A stretch of 64,000 nt of DNA from Octopus sinensis (taxonomy: Eukaryota), in assembly GCF_006345805.1 (NCBI RefSeq), contig NW_021832248.1, positions 6,969 to 70,968 on the forward strand. Reading direction: 5' to 3'. Below the pieces are notes generated by a model. That model made no database searches and was not told where the DNA came from. It saw only the letters and a list, made by a program, of their open reading frames with translations. Positions 24,965 through 39,260 of the stretch are shown here, piece after piece. The position numbers and the translations under genes are program-made. Numbering within the stretch: the stretch's first letter is position 1; each line of letters starts with the position of its first letter.

Positions 24965-25235
24965 CTATCATGAGGTAGGAAGTTCGATTCTCAGACCAGG
25001 CCTTGTGTTGTGTTCTTGAGCAAAACACTTTATTTCACGTTGCTGCAGTTCACTCAGCTGAGGAAATGGAGTTGCGACGTCGCTGGTACCAAGCTGTATC
25101 GGCCTCTGTCTTTCCTTTGGATAACATCGGTGGCGAAGAGAGAGGAGAGTGGGATGCATGGGTGACTACTTGTCTCCCATAAACAACCTTGCCCGCACTT
25201 GTGCCTCGGAGGGGAACTTTCTTGGAACAATTCCA
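24965..25235 (+). mobile_element. tRNA-derived SINE (family C), diverged
   Basis: B-box-like AGTTCGATTCTC followed by TGTGTTCTTGAGCAAAACACTTTATTTCACGTTGCT, also seen at 45590-45822 (-). Confidence 0.65.
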
Positions 25236-25746
25236 TGGTTAATCTTGACAGAAAGGGGTTTTACTCTTTATGCACAAGTTTAGCTAATTGCCATGAAAAA
25301 GGCTACTCGATACTACAGTAAAGTTTAATCATGTATTTTATTTTGATCGTATCAGCATCTTGCAACTCCGAGTTTCACCCGTAGGAACAGACGATATTCA
25401 GCGAACTTATCAGTAATAATTTTCCTGAACATCCTGTGCATCTACAGGTAAAAGTCAGAGTAACAAGATAAGGACTTGACTAAAATAATGAGGGTGTATG
25501 TGTATGTGCGTATATATTTAGAAATATGTATATACACACATACATGTGCCAAACTTTTGATAGACATATGCTTTTCCATAAATTGTCTGTAATCTCCCTT
25601 CAATAATTCATTTTCATCTATTTTAGTTTAGTTTTTTGTTTTTTTGTTATTAATTTCTTGATTTATATATACACCCCCACATGCATACATACATACATAC
25701 ATACATACATACATACATACATACATACATACATACATACATACTT

Positions 25747-25782
<36 letters not shown>

Positions 25783-25944
25783 GTATATGTGTGTGTATGT
25801 GAATATATATATACATATATATATACATATATATATATACACGCATATATATATATTTAATATCAATATACACATTTGTATATATATATATATATGTATA
25901 TGTATATATACATGTATGTATTTTTATGCGTATATGTGTGTATG

Positions 25945-26022
<78 letters not shown>

Positions 26023-26444
26023 GAGTGACTAAGAGAGAGAGAGGGAGACAGATAAATAGAGGCTTATACATAGCATATGTGTATTCGTGGGTCTGTGCTT
26101 GCGTTTCTGAGTGTAGGCATTTACTTGCCTGCATCTATTATATAGCGAGAGTTATGTATTAATCAGAATACGTTTTGTTACAAAGCTGCTTACATAATAT
26201 TTTCGCATTCTGTTACTGGTTTATCATGAGTGATAAACGATCTTATTCCAGAAGCTTCTATAAAACAGATAAGAAATATAAAAGTTAATAAATTCTTTTT
26301 TGATATTCCGCGTGTAGTTATTATTATTTTTTTTTATTTATCTGAGTTTTTTTTTGTACATCATCGTGTAACATATTTCGTTATAATACTGTTCATAATG
26401 ATGATACCGACAAGTAGGATGATGACGGTGATGACGATGATGTA

Positions 26445-26530
<86 letters not shown>

Positions 26531-26858
26531 AAGACTTCTATTACACAGACGGGCGTGGATGAGGAAGACGTCACAAGGACAGTCAAGAATTTGTGTTTTT
26601 TTTAGATAAAAATACAGAGAAAAAAATGGGGAAAAATGCCTAAATGAGATAAAAGAATATATGGTATAGAAATCGTGTCAAGCGTGAATGATGCAGTCCT
26701 CGTGATGAAGGAGAAACTTCAGCTAAGGTCAATCAAGGAACCTCATAGTTTCAGTTTTATCCTGACCACCAAAGTACGATTCCTTTACCGACCGTTGTTC
26801 TGTATTCTACTGGTGAATAATAAAAACTGAAATTTATTAAAATATTACTATTATTATA

Positions 26859-26920
<62 letters not shown>

Positions 26921-26922
<2 letters not shown>

Positions 26923-27234
26923 TGTGTTTGACTTTTGCTTTATATTTGTACAAGTTGGTTCCAAGTCTCACCCAGAGACCTCAAGAGATAACAGGTTGGA
27001 AGTTCGTGTTGTTGTTATGCCTAGTGTGCCATATATTTGGTTTTGTATTTAGTGTTGTACTAGTGAATGTCTAAAAAAAAACATATGAAAATTATGTGTG
27101 TTTTAAAACTTGAGATTATATAGAAAGTATTTTGCGTAGGATATGAGCAGTTCCCATGAGCACTATCTCTTGAATTTCTGCCATTTGGGGGTTTCCTGGT
27201 ATCTGAGTTAGGTAGAATCAGCCCCTTTTGCTTA

Positions 27235-27235
<1 letters not shown>
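26921..27235 (-). mobile_element. R4/Dong-type (REL-endonuclease) LINE 3' end in (AAT)n
   Basis: LTQIPGNPKMAEIQEIVLMGTAHILRKILS C-terminus, flanked by (ATT)n. Confidence 0.65.
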
Positions 27236-27295
<60 letters not shown>

Positions 27296-27296
27296 T

Positions 27297-27818
27297 GAGT
27301 GAAAGAGCTGTGCATGCCATCAAAGTGACACTGGGCTAAAATATACGAAGCCCAGTATACCCATCATGACTACTCGTCTGATACGGGTACACCAGGCTTG
27401 TCCATCACAACTAAATGTGCGTGACATGGTGATCTCATATTAAGATAAACAGCGCAAGACCTTGCAGGCGGGGCCCAGTTAAAATGTTCTTCTGATTGAG
27501 TAGCCCATCCCGCTCAAAAGGTTTAAGGATGTCGAATGAAACACCCATGTTTCCAAAGGTGAATTATCCAAACCTCCGAGAATTCCTTTCAACACACGGC
27601 TATGATGCTCCCTCACTACTTCTGCTCGTAGTCAGAGATGCACATATCGTCAGCCACTAAGGTACATGGTCAAACAACTGACAAGCAAATCTGGGGTACT
27701 GAGCAGAATGTTTGCTGTAGCCCATTATTTATACCAAGACAAAACAATGTACATGATAATACTTCCAATCAGTTAAGATCAGAAGCCATGAGAGCCACTG
27801 GTACTGCATCAGGGCATT
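27297..27818 (-). mobile_element. ~550-bp non-coding (AAT)n-embedded retroelement, copy 1
   Basis: Four homologous copies, each between (ATT)n tracts. Confidence 0.8.
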
Positions 27819-27836
27819 ATTATTATTATTATTATT

Positions 27837-28390
27837 GAGTGAGTGAGCAGAGCATGCCATCAAAGTGACACTGGGGTAAAATATACGAAGCCCAGTATAC
27901 CCATCATGACTACCCGTCTGATAAGGGTACACCAGGCACATGCATCACAACCATATGTGCGCGACATGGTGATCTCATATCTAGATAAACAGCACATGAC
28001 CTTGCAGGTGGAGCCCAGTTAGAATTTTCTTCAGATCGAGTAACCCATCCCGCTCAAAAGGTCCCTGAATAAGGATTGTTTAAGGACGTTGAACGAAACA
28101 CCCATGTTTCCAGAGGTGAATTATTCAAACCCCAAAGAATCCTTCTCAACACATGGCTATGATGCTCCCCCACTACTTCTGCTCGTGATCAGAGATGCAC
28201 ATATCGTCAGCCACTAAGGGGCATGCTCAACCGGTTACGGTCAAACAACTGACAAGCAAATCTGTGGTATTGAGCAGAATATTTGCTGTAGCCCATCTTT
28301 TATACCAAGACAAAACAATGTACATGATAACACTTCCAATCAGTTAAAATCAGAAGCCATGAGATCCACTGCCTGGTACTGCATCAGGGC

Positions 28391-28393
<3 letters not shown>
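27837..28393 (-). mobile_element. ~550-bp (AAT)n-embedded retroelement, copy 2 (full length)
   Basis: Homologous to copy 1; both ends abut (ATT)n. Confidence 0.8.
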
Positions 28394-28453
<60 letters not shown>

Positions 28454-28463
28454 CATTATTATT

Positions 28464-29049
28464 CAGTACTTTTATTTTTATAACGTGCTTTCACTTCACT
28501 ACCGAGCACAGCTCTGTGTGCCTCGGGTATGTGCTGTGGTTTGGTTTGATGCTCTTATGGTTACTGTATTGAAAGTGTTTTGCGTAGAATGGGTCCAGTG
28601 CATATTTGTCCTATTTCTGTATGCTATATATATTTGTATGTCCTGGTGTTTTTGTTATGTATTTGTCTATATATTTTTTATCATAGCTAATGCGCCTACT
28701 ATGATAGTAATTATTTCTGTTTTTAGATTCCACATTCGAGTTACCTCTATTTCTAGGTCTTTGTATTTTGAAAGTTTCTCCATTTGTGTTAGAGATACGT
28801 TGATATCTGCTGGTATTGATACATCAGTTAGAAAGCATTGTTTTTTCTTCATGATCTCTGACAACTATATCGGGCCTATTGGCCTTAGTTTCTCTATCTG
28901 TGTGTATTGGCACATCCCAGTGTATGGTTGCTTTCTCGTTTTCTGTGACCTTTTCTGGTGGGTGCCTATACCATCTTTTTTCTGTTGTTCTTCCATAGTG
29001 TTGGCATAGCTTCCAGTGTATGTAGGCCCCAACTCTGTCGTGTCTGTGA
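28464..29049 (-). mobile_element. R4/Dong-type LINE 3' fragment (REL endonuclease)
   Basis: WDVPIHTDRETKANRPDIVV...CFLTDVSIPADINVSL...EKLSKYKDLEIEVTRMWNLKT...IIVGAL; ends at (AAT)n. Confidence 0.8.
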
Positions 29050-29052
29050 ATA

Positions 29053-29103
<51 letters not shown>

Positions 29104-29130
29104 CATATTATTATTATTATTACTATTATT

Positions 29131-29481
29131 GAGTGAGAGAGCAGTGCATGCCATCAAAGTAACACTGGGGTAAAATATACGAAGCTCAGTATACCCATCA
29201 TAACTACCCGTCTGATAAGGGTACACCAGGCACATGCATCACAACCATATGTGCGCGACATGGTGATCTCATATCAAGATAAACAGCACATGACCTTGCA
29301 GGTGGAGCCCAGTTAGAATTTTCTTCAGATCGAGTAACCCATCCCACTCGAAAGGTCCCTGAATAAGGGTTGTTTAAGGATGTTGAACGAAACACCCATG
29401 TTTCCAGAGGTGAATTATTCAAACCCCAAAGAATCCCTCTCAACACATGGCTATGATGCTCCACCACTACTTCTGCTCTAC

Positions 29482-29534
<53 letters not shown>

Positions 29535-29927
29535 TATATTATTATTATTATCATTATTATTATTATTATTACTATTATTGAGTGAGAGAGCAGTGCATGC
29601 CATCAAAGTAACACTGGGGTAAAATATACGAAGCTCAGTATACCCATCATAACTACCCGTCTGATAAGGGTACACCAGGCACATGCATCACAACCATATG
29701 TGCGCGACATGGTGATCTCATATCAAGATAAACAGCACATGACCTTGCAGGTGGAGCCCAGTTAGAATTTTCTTCAGATCGAGTAACCCATCCCACTCGA
29801 AAGGTCCCTGAATAAGGGTTGTTTAAGGATGTTGAACGAAACACCCATGTTTCCAGAGGTGAATTATTCAAACCCCAAAGAATCCCTCTCAACACATGGC
29901 TATGATGCTCCACCACTACTTCTGCTC
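29131..29927 (-). repeat. 449-bp tandem duplication of a 5'-truncated copy of the 550-bp element
   Basis: 29131-29478 and 29580-29927 share private variants and the same truncation point. Confidence 0.8.
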
Positions 29928-29930
29928 TAC

Positions 29931-29991
<61 letters not shown>

Positions 29992-30693
29992 GCACAAGAT
30001 CAGCAAGTTTAAAGGAGGAAGTCAGTCGATTATATGAACCACAGTGTTCCAATGCAACTAATACCGATACCGATAAACGGCAAAGATAACCTCAACGGAA
30101 TTGGACCCGGAACAGGAGCTGGAAAAAATGCCGCTGTGTATTTTGCCCGACAAACAAGAAAGAGTACCTTGCCGCGAAATGTAGCACCAATATTAATTAA
30201 TTTTCCATTTTAATAGCGACTTATTTTAATGTGAAATAAATAGATCTCGCGCAGACAATCAATTATATGAATGTACTGTCTCTTTATGTCCGTATGTATG
30301 TGCACGAGCATGCGTATGTAGAAGATTCCGTTAATCAAGGCAGTTTTAATAGTATATTAGACTGATACATTCCTTGTTATCTTCAGCTTAAAAGAAAAAA
30401 ACGGAAAAAATAATACTAATAAAACCTAATGTTTTTTAAGCATACGTATTGTGTTTCACGGGCTTTACGACGGAGAGTACATATCTAAAAGAAAGAAAAA
30501 AAAAAAACACTTATAAGTTAACTCAAGATAAAAAAAACAAAAGTAGATAAAGAATTCGAAAAGTTGTATTAAAAAAGAAATAAAAGTACAAGTAAAAATG
30601 ACCGATAAGAAGAACTTTTTGAAGAACTTCTATATTCTAACTAATGAAAACATACACACGCGCACGCACGCGCACACACACACATACATCTTT

Positions 30694-30736
<43 letters not shown>

Positions 30737-30831
30737 TGTATATATATATATATATACATGCATATAAGTATATATATATAGATATATATACATGTATATA
30801 AATATATAATATATATATATATATACATATA

Positions 30832-30865
<34 letters not shown>

Positions 30866-32095
30866 TATATGTATATATATAATATATATTATATATTTAT
30901 ATACATGTATATAAATATATAATATATATTATATATATACATATATGCATATATATATATATATATATAATATATATATATATGCATATATGTATATATA
31001 TAATATATATTATATATATATATATACATGCATATATATATATATATATATACATATATGCATATATATATATACATATATACATGCATATATATATATA
31101 TATACATACATACATGCATACATATGCATATATATGTGTGCATGCGTGTGCGTTTATATGTAAGGTGTATTGTGGCTGCCACACCGTCAGTTTGATTCAC
31201 ACGTTAACCGATACCACACGTTCTTACTAAGCATTTTATACCATTACGAACATCTGTTATTCTTATTTCATTCTCTATCTCACTTTCTTTTCGTTATTTC
31301 CTCTCTCTCTCTCTCTTTCTCTACGTTTTTTTTTTGTGTATACGTTTACACGCCGTATGTGCATGTATTTGTATGCGTGTGTTTTTGTGTGGGTGTGTGT
31401 GTCAGTGCGTACATGTGTTCTGCTGTGCCTATGCAAGTCGTCCTCTGTTACGTATTCTTAGTTACTTTGTATCATTAAGAACCTATTATAATTTCCCTCC
31501 CACTGGCTGTCATATTGAGACCACCCATATACTGTATTATTGTTTCTCTAATTAACAGATAAAACAGTCTACATTCCTCTACATTGATTTCTTGCCTCAG
31601 AATAAGTAAGGAACTTTAAATGTTAGCGCGGAATCTAACGACATTGATATTCTTTAAATTCTTGTTCGTCGTATGAGCATTATGAGTTCGATTCCCGTTG
31701 CAGTCAGTAGTGGCTCCGACGCTTCCGATGGCGATGAATTATATATATATCAAGTGCTGGAATAGATCTAATCCCTCTACATTAAACTTGAATATTATTC
31801 ATTCTGAGTGAATTCAACAGGTCCAGTGACTACGTGGAGATTCCAGCCATTTAGAATCTCTTGTAGACATACAGCAACAAAAAAAAAAAAAAAAAAAAAA
31901 ACGATAACTTGTGTCCGAGGACTGGTGCGCATAGAAAGTTCAGTCATTAGTTTAATACTAAAATGTGAGTTGGTATTTGTCAATGAGCCGAATATTCTTC
32001 ATTTAGAATAAATGTATATAGTGGTCCGAAAGTCTTGTCACCCTGCCCCCGACCGAAATGTAATAAGAACAATAAAAGAGCATTATAATAATTTT

Positions 32096-32486
32096 TTCTA
32101 CTGTAGACACAAGGCCCGAAATTTTCTGGGGAGGGGATCAGTCGATTAGATCGACGCCAATATGCTTAATTTATGGACCACGAAAAGATGAAAGGTAAAG
32201 TCAACCTTGGTGGAATTTGAACTCAGAACGTTGCGGCAAACGAAATACCTATTTCTATTTCTTTACTACCCACAATGGTCTAAATACAGAGAGGACAAAC
32301 AAGGACAGACAAACGGATTAAGTCGATTATATCGACTCCAGTGCGTAACTGGTACTTATTTAATCGACCCTAAAAGGATGAAAGTCAAAGTCGACCTCGG
32401 CAGAATTTGAACTCAGAACGTAGCGGCAGACGAAATACCGCTAAGCGTTTCGCCCGGCGTGCTAACGTTACTGCCAGCTCGCCGCC
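32096..32486 (-). mobile_element. SINE family B with repeated body
   Basis: Head at ~32440-32486, then two successive Meta-like cores. Confidence 0.8.
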
Positions 32487-32559
32487 TTCGAACAATATAA
32501 TAAGATCAAACACACATACTGGTTTTAGTATATTCACTTTCATTGACACTGACATTGTC

Positions 32560-32720
32560 ACCCATCGAGAAGGTCTTGTGGCACAAAATGATGCTGTACA
32601 ATGTCTTGTGTGATATTTTACGAAGCATTGCTTTGGTGATTTTATTGTTGAAAAGGTTGCCGAAACAGCGTCCTTCAACTGTTGGGTATTCTGGTATTGC
32701 TCATGTGAAACTCTCTCTTT
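32560..32720 (-). pseudogene. Possible Tc1/mariner transposase C-terminal relic
   Basis: QYQNTQQLKDAVSATFSTI.../AMLRKISHKTLYSIILC resembles Tc1-like C-termini; short and frameshifted. Confidence 0.3.
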
Positions 32721-33759
32721 GATAATAGAAAATTAAAACAATATTTACAGGTGGTGATAAGACTGTATATATATATATTCATTAGATCTAGGGAAAATGT
32801 TTGTTTGTGAAAATAGCGGCAGATCAGCGTATATATATTTGGTTGAGGAAGTTTCAGTAAAGGTGACAGAGATCCTTCACATGTAGCTCACAGGGTGACT
32901 GATGAATGCTAAAATGGATTTTGTCGTGTAAAGGAAATCTATAAATTTGGAAAGCAGACTTCCCAATTAAAAATTAAAGAGAATGACATAACTGAGAATC
33001 AGAGATTGTGGAGTCAAGTATTTATGGTGGCTTTTTGGCCTTATTATACCTCTTGAAGTCACAGAAGTATTGTGATAAGTATTTCCTTGTTTGTTTGTTT
33101 GTTTGTTTTTTGGTGTTGCTGTTGTTGTAGAAACCCATGTCAACCTTAACTGAACTTACTAACAAACGAAAGATTCTAACCGTAACCAACCCATCACTTT
33201 TTGTAATCAGGGACTACATCGTGTCCTTCCCTGTCTTATAATATCTGACTGCAAATTGTTAGAGAGATCTGGGTACTGCTTCTAATAGTTCGAATGAACA
33301 CATAGTCGCTATTGTTATCTCCTGTTTCCTTCATATGTATGTTATGTGAATGTTCGTTTGCGCATCCATGCGTGCCTTATGGCAAGTGTTCTCTGCTTTA
33401 AATGAACCAAACTATACCCTCCCAGTTAAGCAATTTTTCTTTGCTAGGTATTCGCTTCATTAATCAACAATAGTTGCCCACTCCAGTAACAGTTTATTTA
33501 ATGGCGTTAAAAGAACTAAAATTCCAGGTGTAACACTCCATGACTGTAAACGATAACTATGAAAAATATACAGTGTTGTACATTGAAACATATTATTTTA
33601 ATATAGTTAGTGAAGCATATATCAATTCACTCACTCAAGATACTCGGGGAAGTAATTGAAATATTAAGTTTGAATCCCTTATCTTCGTTCTGTCGTACTT
33701 ACATTCAATATAGCTCTTCATTGACACCGTATATTATACAATACTAATACTACAACTAC

Positions 33760-33807
<48 letters not shown>

Positions 33808-34045
33808 GTTGATGATGATGACGACGACGACGACGATGACGACGACGACGACGACGACGATGATGATGATGATGATGACGACGACGATGACGATGGCGAC
33901 GACGACGATGATGATGATGACGACGATAATGATGATGACGATGATGATGATGATTATGATGATGATGAGGACGATGATGATGATGATGATGATTATGATG
34001 ATGATGACGATGACGATGATGTTGATGATTATGATGATGATGATG
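33760..34045. repeat. (GAT)n/(GAC)n compound microsatellite
   Basis: Directly visible. Confidence 0.95.
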
Positions 34046-34450
34046 TCAACATGATATATTCTTGATGATGCTATATTTTTTTACAAGATTAAATATATGA
34101 TGCTGAGAGTTACTCCGAAAGCCAACAATGAGGTACATTATCGTATGCTTTCTTGCAAACTATGCCACCAACAACTAAGTTCCGATTGACTTCTTTTTGT
34201 ATCCCTTTTGCTCTTATGTTAATAGATTTTCCTTCTCTAGAAAGCAAGCAACTGTAAGCATGTAATTACTCATATCCCTTTTCTTTTCATTGTACTCCTC
34301 TATTAACACTGTCTTTTCTTTCTTTCTGTCATTTGTGTTTAATTTTCAATACAATAAGTAACGAACGGGTGTTTATGCCTGGGCATACCTTGTGAGTTTT
34401 TTGGGGTTTTTTTAGACTAGAATATATGAAGCCTCGTCATTAGAAATGGA

Positions 34451-34832
34451 TGGAAGCACTCCGTCGGTTACGACGACGAGGGTTCCGGTTGATCCGATCA
34501 ACGGAACAGCCTGCTCGTGAAATTAACGTGTAAGTGGCTGAGCACTCCACAGACACGTGTACCCTTAACGTAGTTCTCGGGGATATTCAGCGTGACACAG
34601 AGAGTGACAAGGCCGGCCCTTTGAAATACAGGTACAACAGAAACAGGAAGTAAGAGTGAGAGAAAGTTGTGGTGAAAGAGTACAGCAGGGATCACCACCA
34701 TCCCCTGCCGGAGCCTCGTGGAGCTTTAGGTGTTTTCGCTCAATAAACACTCACAACGCCCGGTCTGGGAATCGAAACCGCGATCCTACGACCGCGAGTC
34801 TGCTGCCCTAACCACTGGGCCATTGCGCCTCC
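34451..34832 (-). mobile_element. tRNA(Arg)-like SINE family D, full length
   Basis: Minus strand GGAGGCGCAATGGCCCAGTGGTTAGGGCAGC..GACTCGCGGTCGTAGGATCGCGGTTTCGATTCCC; near-identical copy at 44760-45122. Confidence 0.85.
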
Positions 34833-34929
34833 CGTTATTAGAAAACAAAAGGACATAATGTAAACTCTGTAAGCAGTCGGTGTCAGGAGCTTTCAAATTT
34901 GATATTTTTGGTATCTATGAACGAGAAAT

Positions 34930-34960
<31 letters not shown>

Positions 34961-35326
34961 TTATTTATTTATTCATTCATTCGTTCATTTATTTCAGAAA
35001 ACAGCGATGAGATCCTGGAATTAACAACCCCGAAAGGATGAGAGGCAAAGTGGACCTCGGCAGAATTTGAAAACAGAACGTAAAGACGGACGAAATGATG
35101 CTGTCCTTTTGTCTTATATACTAAAGATTCTATTAGCTTACCGTTCTATCAGTAGAAATAATATTGATGTGTCTACGTTCTATCAATGCATCTACTGACA
35201 AACACTTTACTTGAGTAAAATTAATATAATTGTGTGCTTTCTTTTTTCTTTTACTTACTTCAAGCCTTTATATATCTTAAACCTTTACATATCTTAACAT
35301 TAACTGCCTATACTTCTGTCACTAAG

Positions 35327-35495
35327 CAGTGCCGTCTTAGCAATTTTATATGTCCCCATTCAAGTCAATGCACTAGGCCTTATAGTATTTATCTACCGAC
35401 AGCAAGCCACAACATACATAGGTCTGAATTGATCCCCTAGACTCATAAGGCCCCTGGGCAACTGCCCAGTGTGCCTGTGACTTAAGATGGTCCTG
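35327..35495. mobile_element. Small hAT-like MITE
   Basis: Imperfect TIR CAGTGCCGTCTTA / TTAAGATGGTCCTG; flanks TCACTAAG / CCATTAAG resemble a decayed 8-bp TSD. Confidence 0.45.
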
Positions 35496-36249
35496 CCATT
35501 AAGACCAACTTACTCTGAGTCCAAAATATTTTTTAACTTACATAAATGTTCCATCAATATCTTCCGAGTGGCGGAAACGCATTCAGTTTCAAAATTCATT
35601 TTGTGGCGGGCATTTGGTGTCGCTATCATATGCATGTAAGTATGAAAGACTCAAAAGGCTAAAATTTCCATAACAACAGACCATTTTCCCGTTAGGATCT
35701 TATATGGAGAAGCATTCTACTGTTAATGAAATATTCCCTGTATGAAAATAAATTCTATCTACAAAATTAATTTTAAAAGCTTGTTAGAAGCCAGCCTCGA
35801 AGTGCGATACCAAAATATCTCAGAAAAGGTCAGCCAGTCAATAATAATAATGCCTTCTATCATAAGTACAAGAGCTGAAATTTTGGGTCAGGGAACTTGT
35901 CGATTAAATGGAACCCAGTGATTGACAGGTAATTATTTTATCTACCCTGAAATGTAGAATAAACAAAGTTGACAACAGTGACATTTGAGCTCAGAACGTA
36001 AAGCCGGCAGAAATGTCGATGAATGCTTTGTCGGTCGCGGTAACGATTCTGCCAGCTCAGCGCCTTATTAATGCTTTCGGCTTTAGGCACAATGCTTGAA
36101 ATTTTATGAGGAAAAGAGTAAGTCGATATCATCGACCCAAGTACTCGACTTGTACAAACTTGACCTCGACATTTGAGCTCAGAAGGTAAAACTGGCAGAT
36201 ATGTCGCTGAACATCCTGGAGTATGATCTCGGAAGCGGTAAAGGAAAAT

Positions 36250-37215
36250 TGAACCTGTTGTTATTCTTGGACGACTTATTGTTATTCACAAAAAAATAAC
36301 ACAGTGAGGTAGATCCGGACAGCCTAGTCCAGTCTGTGCAGATCTTCGCGAATGGTATCAAAATGGAGTTTGGGCTCTCAAAGTATGCTACGATGATGAG
36401 ACGAGGAAAGCTTATCAGGAAAGAAGGCGTATGGATATCAACTGGTGAAATAATGAAGACAATTGAACCTGAACCCGGTTATAAATACTTGAGTAGATAG
36501 AATTAAACACAACGCTATGAAAGAAAAGACAAAGAAAGAGTATCTGCGGCGAGCGAGAAAAATATTGGATTCAAAGCTGAATCCCAGAAACATAATTTCG
36601 GCAAAAAATAAATAAATAAATAACGTGCAGTCACAGTAGTTCGTTATGGCGCTGGAATCCTGAAGTGGACGGAGTCAAAAAATGTTGCACAGGAAGACAA
36701 GAAACCTCCTAATGATACGAGGAGCCCATCACCCCCCTGCAGAGACTGATTGCCTATACATGAAGAGAGTAAATGAAGGAAGGGGACTGGTTGCATATCG
36801 AAGTCGGGAGCTTAATATGACACCTATCCCAAATTAAGGAAACCTTGCCAGTATCAGTTAGGAATGAAGGAATGTTGAAAGGAGAGAAAAAGGAGGATAC
36901 AAAGGAAGAAGTACAAAAAAGGGTATGAAGAAGCATTACATAACATGGGACTATACAATCATTTCCATGTAGCTACAACAGAAGTTGCTGGAAAACACAA
37001 GACCAATCTTTGACCAGGAATTGAAGGGTCAACCTTAGGAATGAGCAAGTGTATCTACTGTGCCATAGCTGCAATAGAGTGGGCGAAACCATTGCCCATA
37101 TCGCGAACGAAGGCCAGAGAATTTTCCGAAACCACTACAAGTTGCGCCGACACGATGAAGTAGAGAACGTGCTACATTGGAAACTGTCCGAAAAGTGGTG
37201 ACTAGAGAGAGGCAA
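36250..37215 (+). mobile_element. Degenerate R4/Dong-type LINE RT/thumb fragment
   Basis: NLLLFLDDLLLF...MEFGLSK...GYKYL...KEYLRRARKILDSKLN...VVRYGAGILKWT...VARSL..HWKL. Confidence 0.75.
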
Positions 37216-37224
37216 TTACATCGC

Positions 37225-37726
37225 CCAGTGTTCAACTGGTACTTAATTTATGAAAGAATGAAAAGTAAAGGTGACCTTAGCGGAATTTGAATTCAGAATG
37301 TAGGGACGGTTGAAATACCTATCTCTTTACTAGCCACAAGGGGCTAAACACGGAGAGGACAAACAAACGGATTAAGTTGATTATATCGACCCTAGTGCGT
37401 AAGTGGTACTCATTTAATCGACCCCGAAAGGATGAAAGGCAAAGTCGACCTCGGCGGAATTTGAACTCAGAGCGTAGCGGCAGATGAAATACCTATTTCT
37501 TTACTACCCACAAGGGGCTAAACACAGAGAGGACAAACAAGGACAGACAAACGGATTAAGTCGATTATATCGACCCCACTGCGTAACTGGTACTTAATTT
37601 ATCGACCCCGAAAGGATGAAAGGCAAAGACGACCTCGGCGGAATTTGAACTCAGAACGTAGCGGCAGACGAAATACCGCTAAGCATTTCATCTAGCGTAC
37701 TAACGATTCTGCCTTCTGCCAGCTCG
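37225..37726 (-). mobile_element. SINE family B with tandem body units
   Basis: Head at ~37670-37726, then about 2.5 body repeats of ~180 bp. Confidence 0.85.
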
Positions 37727-38192
37727 AAAAATAGATCATTCGACTGATAGATAGACAGACAGATAGACTGACGGACAGACAGAGAGACAGATAAATAAGT
37801 TACATAAATGAGAGTCACTGTGTGATGGTGTTTTTGCGAAAACTGTGTAAAAGTGCGCGAGAATACGAGTGCATATTGAAAAAAAATATGCATTCACGAA
37901 AGAGAATACATGCAGAGGAAATGTACGAGTTTATGATTATGTAAATCGTAAGAAAATATAATTAAAAGCAGAAAAGAAGGAAATGAAGGCATATAGAGGG
38001 AATAAAGATTATGGAATGAAGAAAAATGAGAGAGTGAAGAAAGGTAAGTTATTAGAGAATGAGAATTTAAGCGGAAACTTAACAGGAGAATAGGCTAAAG
38101 GTTTAACATTCACAATGATATTAGATTGATAGAGAGCTAGAAAGATAAATGCATATACATAAATAGATGCATATATATATATATATATATAT

Positions 38193-38195
<3 letters not shown>

Positions 38196-38286
<91 letters not shown>

Positions 38287-38325
38287 GCATATACATAAAT
38301 GTATGTCAATACATGCACACAAATG

Positions 38326-38406
<81 letters not shown>
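38196..38406. repeat. (GATA)n microsatellite
   Basis: Directly visible, two tracts. Confidence 0.95.
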
Positions 38407-38407
<1 letters not shown>

Positions 38408-39197
38408 ATGGGTGTAGAAGCAGTAAAAATATATGGGCGTCGTTAGGTATTAGAAAATTAAAGAAAAATATTTGTAACTAATTCTCTTACTGCTAGAAGG
38501 TTCGCCATCTTGAAACAATAGGAAGTTTGCTTAAATGAAAGTATTCAGCTACAGTGTATATGTGCATGTTTATGTGTATCTGTCTCTACATAGAACATGA
38601 TATAACGATACATGTGATATGTACTTATATATAGATGTATGCGTATGTAAGAAGTTACGTATGTATATCAACTATACTAAAAAAAAAGGTTGAGACAAAA
38701 AACATTCTTTCGTTTTCACCTGTTCAGAATTAATACTGATTCTGATATAAAATAAACAGGAAATAAAAAAGGAAATGCTAAGGGACCGTTTCCAGTTTGG
38801 AATCATTGTCTTGTGTGTATGTGCCGGTTTGTATGTATGTGTGTTTGTGTGTATTGTGTCTGATATTTTTTGCCTATTTCATTTTGTTTTTTGGTAATTG
38901 GTAATTAAGAATATATACATTATATAGTAAGATGCCAGTAGAAATTTTTGCCTCGTTTATATTACACGTACAGTTTTGTTTTTTTTTTCTATTTCTGGAT
39001 ATTGTTTTCACCTTTATGTTGTTCCACGTCAAAGGATGCAGGAATATATCCGCATATCGATGGTGGTGCTCCAGCATGACCACAGCCGCATGGCCAAAAC
39101 GAGTTAAGGAGTAAATGTGTATATATACACAGAAAAAGATATATGTATATATATATGAATATATACATACATACATATATATATACATACACACACA

Positions 39198-39260
<63 letters not shown>

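Noticed and set aside
25356-25447. Plus-strand exon candidate (AG...GTAAAA)
   Set aside because: The only open frame gives an unrecognisable peptide, and no partner exons were found.
28330-28393. HDV-like ribozyme at the presumed 5' end of the 550-bp element
   Set aside because: Could not place P1/P1.1/P3 by eye; needs a covariance-model search.
32897-32960. CTGATGA...GAAA hammerhead candidate
   Set aside because: Helices I and II cannot be formed.
34770-34832. tRNA genes (also 45060-45122, 61594-61660 and other SINE heads)
   Set aside because: No complete cloverleaf or acceptor stem; each continues into a SINE body.
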